Shown here: in pieces, positions 57,742 through 64,000 of the stretch | Layout: each line of letters opens with the position of its first letter | How positions within the stretch are numbered: the first letter of the stretch is position 1 | NCBI GenBank assembly: GCA_965243025.1 | Contig: CBDETY010000003.1 | Span: forward strand, 4,480,001-4,544,000 | Reading direction: 5' to 3' | DNA from: Candidatus Latescibacterota bacterium | GTDB taxonomy: Bacteria; Latescibacterota; UBA2968; UBA8231 | Length of the DNA: 64,000 bases | The notes under the pieces: model-generated | The model's input: only the letters and a program-made list of their open reading frames with translations | The model's database searches: none | Told to the model about the DNA's origin: nothing | Translations under genes and position numbers: made by a program

Positions 57742-58779
57742 TCAGGTGAGAGCCGCGGCGGGCGCCTCGGGCTTCTCCGGCAGCTCGGGAACGAACTGGA
57801 AGCCGGGCTCCCGCTTCTGGCGCCGCAGGATCCCGGCGATCTCGCGCCACATCGGCACAAGCCCACTGTGGCAGTGGGGCAGCTCGTGGCGGATCGCCCT
57901 GTGCAGCCGGCCGAGCCGGTAGCAGGGGACCGCGGCGTACATGTGGTGCTCGATGTGGTAGTTCATGTGCCAGTAGAGGAAGCGCACCACCGGGTTGAGG
58001 TGGAAGGTGCGCGAGTTCTGGCGGAAGTCCGGCACCTCGTCGGTGAGCCCCACGTGCTGGCTGCTGTTGCACAGCAGGAACAGCCAGCGGCCGAACAGGG
58101 TGGCGAAGGTGAAGAGCGGGAGCACCTGCCACCAGCCCGTCCAGACCGCGCCCGCGGCGATGGCGGCGTGCCCGAAGAGGAGGACGCGGTCCCAGCGGAA
58201 CAGGCGGCGGCGTTCCTCGACGTTCTCCGGCGGAAACAGCGCCGTGTGCCATCCCGGGCTGAGCCGCTGGAAGCAGGCGCGCAGGAAGATCATCCTGACT
58301 TTCTGGTAGAAGCCCCAGTAGTCGACGAAGGCGCCGCGCAGGTACCCCTTCAGGGTCATCTCGACCGGCAGCACCACCTCGCCGTCCTCCGGGGGGTAGA
58401 GGGTGTACTTGTGGTGCTCGGAGTGGCTGGCCCAGAACAGCACCGGGTTGTGCCAGCCGATGAAACTGAGCACGTGAAGGAAGAAGACGTTGAGGGACCG
58501 CGTGCGGAAGACGGAGTTGTGGCAGAGCTCGTGAAAGCCGTTGACGATGAAGGCGCAGCAGGTTCCGTGGAGGAAGACCGCGGCGGCGAACCAGTACCAG
58601 GCGAAGTGGACGGAGACCCACCAGGCGAAGGCCCCCGTCGCCGTCAGAGTGGCGAGGTACCCGAGGGTCTGGGCGAACCCGAGGAGGTCGCTGCGGCGGT
58701 TGAGCTCGGCGAGGAGCCGGCGGTCGATGCGGGTGCGGTGCCAGGGGATCCTGCGTTTCAGCTGCTCTTGCTCGGACAT
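57742..58779 (-). CDS. Membrane di-iron fatty acid desaturase-like protein (MocD-like)
   Basis: His boxes HELCH, HSEHH, HIEHH; QHVGL. Confidence 0.9.
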   Translation of the reverse strand: MSEQEQLKRRIPWHRTRIDRRLLAELNRRSDLLGFAQTLGYLATLTATGAFAWWVSVHFAWYWFAAAVFLHGTCCAFIVNGFHELCHNSVFRTRSLNVFFLHVLSFIGWHNPVLFWASHSEHHKYTLYPPEDGEVVLPVEMTLKGYLRGAFVDYWGFYQKVRMIFLRACFQRLSPGWHTALFPPENVEERRRLFRWDRVLLFGHAAIAAGAVWTGWWQVLPLFTFATLFGRWLFLLCNSSQHVGLTDEVPDFRQNSRTFHLNPVVRFLYWHMNYHIEHHMYAAVPCYRLGRLHRAIRHELPHCHSGLVPMWREIAGILRRQKREPGFQFVPELPEKPEAPAAALT

Positions 58780-58849
58780 CGTCCTGCTTTCCGGGTCGTG
58801 GTGACTTGCGCGGCTTTCTGAATATACAGGGGAACCGGGCTGGGCCGGG

Positions 58850-61093
58850 CTACTCGAGGTCGAGCCGGAGACCGACGGTGGCCACCAGCCCCGGCTGCGG
58901 AATCCCGAACACGCTCTGGTAGCGCGCGTCGGCGAGATTTGCGACGTCGAAGTGGAGCGCCATCCCCGGCCTCAGCCGCAAACGGGCGCCGGCTCCCAGG
59001 ACGAGGTAGCGCCAGGCCTCCCCGGGAGCGCCGATGGCCCCGGCCTCCTCCCCTTCCTCGTCGTCGTCATCATCGTCGCGGAACTCCCCCTCCTCTTCGA
59101 GCAGATCCTCGTCGAAAAACCGCTCCTGCCAGTCGGCGCGGAAGGAGACGCCGCTCTCCGGGGTTCCGCCCAGCTGCAAGTCGTAGTCGCACCCCAGCTT
59201 GCGGCGCAGCCGTCCGGCGAGGTCGCGGCTGTCTCCGCCGGCATCGCGGCCCGATGCCTGCTGCAGCGTCCAGGCGAGCTGAATCTGCGAGCGGCCGGCC
59301 CGCAGCCGCTGCGCCAGCTCGAGGCCGGCGATCTCCGCCTCCGCGAGGTTGTCGAGGGTGAGGAAGAGGTCGTCGCCTCCTTCCGGCACCCGCACCGCGG
59401 CCGGCTGGATCAGGTCGCGGTACCAGCTGCGGTAGAAGGTCGCCTCTCCCTGGGCGCGCTCCGAGTGCCAGCGCAGCCCGGCGTCCGCCGACCAGACCGT
59501 CTCCGGTGCGAGGCCGCGGTTTCCGGTCTCTCCGACGAAGCCGCCGACCGCTCGCGCGAACCGCTCCGTCGGCTTGAACAGGTCGTCGAACGAGGGGGCG
59601 GAAAACGCCCGCCCCGCGGCGGCGCGCAGGAGAATGCCGGGCCGCAGCCGGAACAGGGCCGCGAGCCGCGGGTTGAGCTCGGTTCCGTAGAGCGAGTGGT
59701 TGTCGAGGCGGGCGCCGGCTTCGAGGACATGCGCCCCGACCTCGAACCGGTTCTGCGCGTAGAGGGCGCGCATGGAGGCGCTCTCGGCGCCGAACAGGTC
59801 GTCGCGCTGGCGCTCGAGACGGTACTCCGCCCCGAAGGAGAAGGGGCGCAGGTGCCGCCCGGTCACGTGAACCCGCGGCTCCAGCACCCACAGCTGGTGC
59901 CGGGAGACGAAGTCACCGACGAGCTCGCCGGCCTGCACGACCGGGTTGAGGCGTTCGACGCGCTGCCACTGGCCCGAGGCGCTGCCGTCGAACTGGATCC
60001 CCGGCCGCAGCGGCCGCGAGTCGCCGATGCTGAAACGGAGAACGTCGTCGTTCTGGCGGTCGTCTATGTCGAAGGCCCCGAACTGCCCCTGGCCTTCGGC
60101 TCCCGGGGCGCCGCCCCTTCTGCGCCCCAGCTCGGCGCGCAGCGTCGTGCTGCCGCCGGAGCGCTGGCGCACCCCCTGGCCGGCGAGGTTCCAGGTCCGG
60201 GCGTCGGTGTTTTCCAGGTGCCCGCCGCTGGCCCCCATCGAGCCGTCCGCCCTCCAGCCCCAGGCCCCGGCCCTGCCCCCCCGGGAGGCGTGGTAGCGCT
60301 GGGTCGCGTACGCCCCGCCGTCCTCCACCCTCGGCCCGGCGCCGGCGGTCAGTGAAATCCGCGTGCGCGGGCCCCCGGCGCCGCGGCTGAACAGCTGCAC
60401 TACCCCGCCGGCGGCGTCGGCGCCGTACAGGGCCGACCCCGGCCCCTTGATCACCTCGACGCGGTCGAGGCGGTCCACCGGGATCTGGCTGAGGTCGACC
60501 CCGCCCAGCGTCGATGTGGCTCCCGCCATGTTGAGGCGCACCCCGTCGAGGAGGACGAGGGTCTGGCCCGGCGCGGCGCCGCGCAGGCTCAGGCCGGACA
60601 CCTGCCCGGGGGCGCCGCCCCCGGAGAGGTCGATCCCGGGGAGAGCCCGCAGCAGGTCGGATGCGGTCTGCGGGCCGGCCGGCCCGGAACCGACGTCGAG
60701 AACGTGGGCGGTGACCGGTGAACGAAGGACGGTGGCCGGGGCGCGGGAAGCGGTGACGACGACCGGGTCGAGGCGTCCGGGGGCCGGGACGAGCGAGAAC
60801 AGCAGCTCCTGCCCCCCGATCCTGCCGGTCTCGATCACCTGCTCCGAGGAGGCGAACCCGACGTGGGATACGTAGACCCGGTAGGGGCCTGGCGCCATCC
60901 CCGAAAACAGGAAGGAGCCGGCCTCGTCGGTGGTTGCGTGGAACGGGGTTCCCGCGAGGATTACGTTGGCGCCCGGCAACGGCCAGCCTCCCTCCACGAC
61001 CACCACCTGCCCCGAGATCGTTGCCGTCGCCGCCGCGCCGGGAGAGGCCGCGGAGAGCAGCAACCCGATAAAAAAAACCTTCGACAATCTCAC
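58850..61093 (-). CDS. TonB-dependent receptor (BtuB/CirA-like plug) with N-terminal carboxypeptidase-regulatory-like domain
   Basis: PLPGANV, VVVTASR, LRGA..QTLVLLDG, RVEVIKGPGSALYGADAAGGVV, APSFDDL, LAPE. Confidence 0.9.
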   Translation of the reverse strand: MRLSKVFFIGLLLSAASPGAAATATISGQVVVVEGGWPLPGANVILAGTPFHATTDEAGSFLFSGMAPGPYRVYVSHVGFASSEQVIETGRIGGQELLFSLVPAPGRLDPVVVTASRAPATVLRSPVTAHVLDVGSGPAGPQTASDLLRALPGIDLSGGGAPGQVSGLSLRGAAPGQTLVLLDGVRLNMAGATSTLGGVDLSQIPVDRLDRVEVIKGPGSALYGADAAGGVVQLFSRGAGGPRTRISLTAGAGPRVEDGGAYATQRYHASRGGRAGAWGWRADGSMGASGGHLENTDARTWNLAGQGVRQRSGGSTTLRAELGRRRGGAPGAEGQGQFGAFDIDDRQNDDVLRFSIGDSRPLRPGIQFDGSASGQWQRVERLNPVVQAGELVGDFVSRHQLWVLEPRVHVTGRHLRPFSFGAEYRLERQRDDLFGAESASMRALYAQNRFEVGAHVLEAGARLDNHSLYGTELNPRLAALFRLRPGILLRAAAGRAFSAPSFDDLFKPTERFARAVGGFVGETGNRGLAPETVWSADAGLRWHSERAQGEATFYRSWYRDLIQPAAVRVPEGGDDLFLTLDNLAEAEIAGLELAQRLRAGRSQIQLAWTLQQASGRDAGGDSRDLAGRLRRKLGCDYDLQLGGTPESGVSFRADWQERFFDEDLLEEEGEFRDDDDDDEEGEEAGAIGAPGEAWRYLVLGAGARLRLRPGMALHFDVANLADARYQSVFGIPQPGLVATVGLRLDLE

Positions 61094-61122
61094 AGGCTCT
61101 CGAACTCCCCGGTGAGGTTTGG

Positions 61123-61260
61123 CAGCCCGTTGAAAAAGCCAGTTCAGACAGGAGCCCCGGCCCCTGCGGCCCGAATCCCCAGCGAATCGACCCATTCGCG
61201 CCACTTGTCCCCGGCGGCCATGACCCGCCAGTCCGGCGGGGCAATTTCAGCAGCGGGCTC
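61123..61260. mobile_element. MITE-like element, copy 2 (opposite orientation to copy 1)
   Basis: CAGCCCGTTGAAAAA...TTTCAGCAGCGGGCTC; its reverse complement shares GGGTCGA.TCGC.GGGGATTCGGG and CTTTTTCAAC.GGCT with 28019-28178. Confidence 0.6.
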
Positions 61261-61420
61261 ATGGAACGGTTTTCACCCTCACATCCCGCCCTATATAATA
61301 GCCCGAAAAACAGCCCGATATAATCACCCGATCCCCGTATATTCCATCGGGGCTGCGTTTCCCCCATGGCGACGCCCCTTGTTCGAAACCCCGGCAACCC
61401 ACCGACCCGGAGAAACAGCC

Positions 61421-62698
61421 TTGTCAACCAGCAAATCAGCGGTCCCCGCCTTGTGGGCCGCCCTTCTCATCGGCGCCTTCCCCGCGGACGCAGCCGAGTG
61501 GCCGCAGTGGCTCGGCCCGATGCGCAACGGCATCTCCAGCGAGGAGAACCTCCTGCTCGAATGGCCCGACTCCGGGCCGGAGGTGGTCTGGCGGAAACCT
61601 CTCGGCCGCGGGTTCTCCGCGGTCTCGGCGGCCGGGGGACGCCTGTTCACGATGTACGCCGACTCCCTCGGGGAGTTCGCCGTCTGCCTCGAGGCGGCCA
61701 GCGGCGATGAGCTGTGGCGGGTGCGCACCGGGAAATACTACGTCGAGACGCAGGGAGGCGACGGCCCGCGCTCGACTCCGACCGTCGACGGGGAGACCGT
61801 CTACGTCCTCGGGGCCGAGGGAGGGCTGTTCGCGCTGAAAGCGGAAAACGGAGAGGTGATCTGGAAGAAGGACCTGGTCGCCGAGTTCGGCAGCCAGGTT
61901 CCAAGGTGGGGGTTCAGCACCTCCCCGCTCGTCGAAGGGGAGCTGCTGCTGGTCGAAGCCGGCGGCGCCGAGGGCAACTTTCTCGTCGACATGGTGATCG
62001 ACCGCACCGCGCCTGCCACCGCAGTCGCCCTCGACCGGAGGACGGGGCAAACGGTCTGGACCGCCCTCGACGACAAGATGAGCTACTCGTCGCCGATCGC
62101 CTACACGGTGGACGGGATGCGCCAGGTCGCCTTCATCAACGCCTATGCGCTGGTCGGGCTGTCCGCGGACAAGGGGGAGGAGCGGTGGCGCCTCCCCTGG
62201 AAGACCCGCTATGACGTCAGCGCCGCCACCCCCGTCTTCATTCCGCCCGACCGGATCTTCATCTCCTCCGGCGACAAGGGGGCGGTCCTGCGCGTCGGCG
62301 GGGAGGGGGTCGAGGAGGTCTGGAGGAGCGGCGAGATGCAGAACCACTTCGGCACCTCCATCTACCACGAGGGACACTTGTACGGTTTCGACAAATCGAT
62401 TCTGAAGTGCATCGACGCGGCCGGGGGGACGACGCGGTGGCAGGCGCGCGGGTACGCAAAGGGCACCCTGATCCTCGCCGCCGGACACCTCATCCTCCTC
62501 GGCGAGCAGGGGAACCTCGGCCTCGCCGTGGCCACCCCGGAGCGTTTCGTCGAAAAGGCCAACGTCGAGCTGATGAAGGGGCGCTGCTGGACGGTGCCCT
62601 CCCTGGCGGACGGCAGACTCTACGTGCGCGACGAAAGCGAGATCGCCGCCGTCGACCTGCGGCCCCCCGAGGCCCCGCAGGCCGAGCAGACCAACTGA
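61421..62698 (+). CDS. PQQ-like beta-propeller repeat protein (BamB-like)
   Basis: Signal peptide; EWPQWLGPMRNG, GPRSTP, GFSTSP, SYSSP, WTVPSLADGRLYVR; GGAGA RBS before TTG. Confidence 0.88.
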   Translation: MSTSKSAVPALWAALLIGAFPADAAEWPQWLGPMRNGISSEENLLLEWPDSGPEVVWRKPLGRGFSAVSAAGGRLFTMYADSLGEFAVCLEAASGDELWRVRTGKYYVETQGGDGPRSTPTVDGETVYVLGAEGGLFALKAENGEVIWKKDLVAEFGSQVPRWGFSTSPLVEGELLLVEAGGAEGNFLVDMVIDRTAPATAVALDRRTGQTVWTALDDKMSYSSPIAYTVDGMRQVAFINAYALVGLSADKGEERWRLPWKTRYDVSAATPVFIPPDRIFISSGDKGAVLRVGGEGVEEVWRSGEMQNHFGTSIYHEGHLYGFDKSILKCIDAAGGTTRWQARGYAKGTLILAAGHLILLGEQGNLGLAVATPERFVEKANVELMKGRCWTVPSLADGRLYVRDESEIAAVDLRPPEAPQAEQTN

Positions 62699-62727
62699 GA
62701 CCGGATCGGATTCGAAGGAGGCTTCGC

Positions 62728-63588
62728 GTGGCCAGACTCGTGCTGGCGACCTGCCAGTTCCACGTCCACAAGCAGCCCGGGCGGAACCTGCGCTCGGCGA
62801 TCGCCCAGACAGAGGCCGCCAAAGCCCGGGGCGCCCACCTCGTGCATTTCTCCGAAGCCTGCCTTTCCGGCTACCTCGGGGTAGAGGTCGACTCCCACGA
62901 CCGCGGCGACTGGGACCGCATCGCCGCGGCGATGGAGGAGGTGATGGCCGCGGCGAGGCGGCACCGGGTCTGGATCGTCGTCGGCTGCAACCACCGCCTC
63001 AGCGGCAGGCACAGGCCGCACAACTCCCTCTACGTCATCGACGGCCGCGGCCGGCTCGTCACCCGCTACGACAAGATGTTCTGCACCGGCGGCAGCGCGA
63101 AGGAAGGGGACCTCGCCCGCTACAGCCCGGGGGAGGCGCTGGTCACCTTCAGGGTGCGCGGCCTCACCTGCGGACTGCTGATCTGCCACGACTTCCGCTA
63201 CCCGGAGCTCTTCCGCGAGTACAAGCGGAAAGGGGTCGACCTGATGCTGGTCTCCTTCCACAACGCCGGCATGACACAGGAGAGCTGCGAAAAGTACAAG
63301 GTCACCGTTCCGGCGACCCTCCAGGCCGCCGCGGCGAGCAACTACTTCGCGGTCAGCGCCAACAACGGCACCCGGCGCCACGCCTGGCCGAGCTTCGTCG
63401 TCAACGCCGAAGGCATGATCGTCAGCAAGGCGCGGGCCCACCGGCCGGCGGTGCTGATCACGGAGATCGACACCCGCCAGAAGCTGTACGACGCCTCCGC
63501 CGACTGGCGGGACCGCTGCATGCGGGGGGTGCTGCACAGCGGCAGGCTGGTCAGGGACGCCCGTTCCCGCAACCGCGCGGCGCTGTAG
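62728..63588 (+). CDS. Carbon-nitrogen hydrolase (nitrilase superfamily)
   Basis: FSEAC (catalytic E), RYDK (K), LICHDFRYPE (C); AAGGAGG RBS. Confidence 0.92.
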   Translation: MARLVLATCQFHVHKQPGRNLRSAIAQTEAAKARGAHLVHFSEACLSGYLGVEVDSHDRGDWDRIAAAMEEVMAAARRHRVWIVVGCNHRLSGRHRPHNSLYVIDGRGRLVTRYDKMFCTGGSAKEGDLARYSPGEALVTFRVRGLTCGLLICHDFRYPELFREYKRKGVDLMLVSFHNAGMTQESCEKYKVTVPATLQAAAASNYFAVSANNGTRRHAWPSFVVNAEGMIVSKARAHRPAVLITEIDTRQKLYDASADWRDRCMRGVLHSGRLVRDARSRNRAAL

Positions 63589-63758
63589 TGCCGGCGCGCG
63601 CAATACCGGGCGAATCCGGCCGCCGACGGATCCCGCCTGCATCCGGCCGCCTTCGCACTCGCATCGGGGCGCCGGCCGGACGCCGCTCCGAAGCCCGGGG
63701 AGCGGGAGGAAGAGGCCCCTGTTTTTCTCACCGGGACCTGCGCGGGAAGGCACTGGCA

Positions 63759-64000
63759 ATGCGGGTGCCGTTCCTGGCAGCCTGCCTGGCCGCCGCGGCC
63801 CTCCTCGCCCCGGGGTGCGGGCCCGGGACCGCTCCCCGGCCGGGAGAGCCGGCGCAGATCCTCCTCTGGGAGTTCGGCGGCGTGCCCGGCAGCCGCGACT
63901 GGGTGCGGGACGCGGTCGCCCGCTTCAACGCCGGCCACGACGACATCGAGGTCACCCTGGAGTTCCGCGACTGGGCGACGCAGCGCGAGAGCCTGATCAG
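63759..64000 (+). CDS. ABC transporter extracellular solute-binding lipoprotein, 3'-truncated by window edge
   Basis: MRVPFLAACLAAAALLAPGC lipobox; ILLWE; ARFNAGHDDIEVTLEFRDW. Confidence 0.8.
   Translation, partial: MRVPFLAACLAAAALLAPGCGPGTAPRPGEPAQILLWEFGGVPGSRDWVRDAVARFNAGHDDIEVTLEFRDWATQRESLI

Noticed and set aside
61094-61420. Cobalamin riboswitch upstream of the BtuB-like receptor
   Set aside because: No B12-box or conserved core found; the region is occupied by the MITE-like element and TATAAT-containing promoter-like DNA
1-64000. CRISPR array, rRNA or tRNA genes
   Set aside because: No regularly spaced repeats or recognisable structural RNA genes found by eye

Overview
High-GC bacterial chromosomal segment with about 52 intact CDS and no rRNA, tRNA, CRISPR array or transposase that I can see. 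The gene content suggests, by inference only, an FCB-group candidate phylum such as Latescibacterota: five PhyH-type dioxygenases, DUF6785- and DUF4159-like proteins, a FlgD-Ig protein, a C-terminal SWGRIKA motif and TonB receptors. From left to right it holds: the end of a surface-polysaccharide cluster (1-7063); an intergenic DnaA-box cluster (~8690-8810); uppP; a coupled pair of a membrane-anchored pentaheme-TPR protein and an FG-GAP/ASPIC-UnbV lipoprotein (11030-15765); and a mosaic lower-GC islet (~15770-18950). The islet carries a 25-aa hydrophobic sORF missed by the ORF track with type-I-toxin-like mRNA architecture, a decayed deacetylase pseudogene, and a PvuII-like nuclease plus N4C-type methyltransferase. 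The rest is mostly catabolic and transport genes, including modABC and two TonB receptors, plus two diverged copies of a ~140-160 bp MITE-like element. All calls come from motifs read by eye; no database searches were run.
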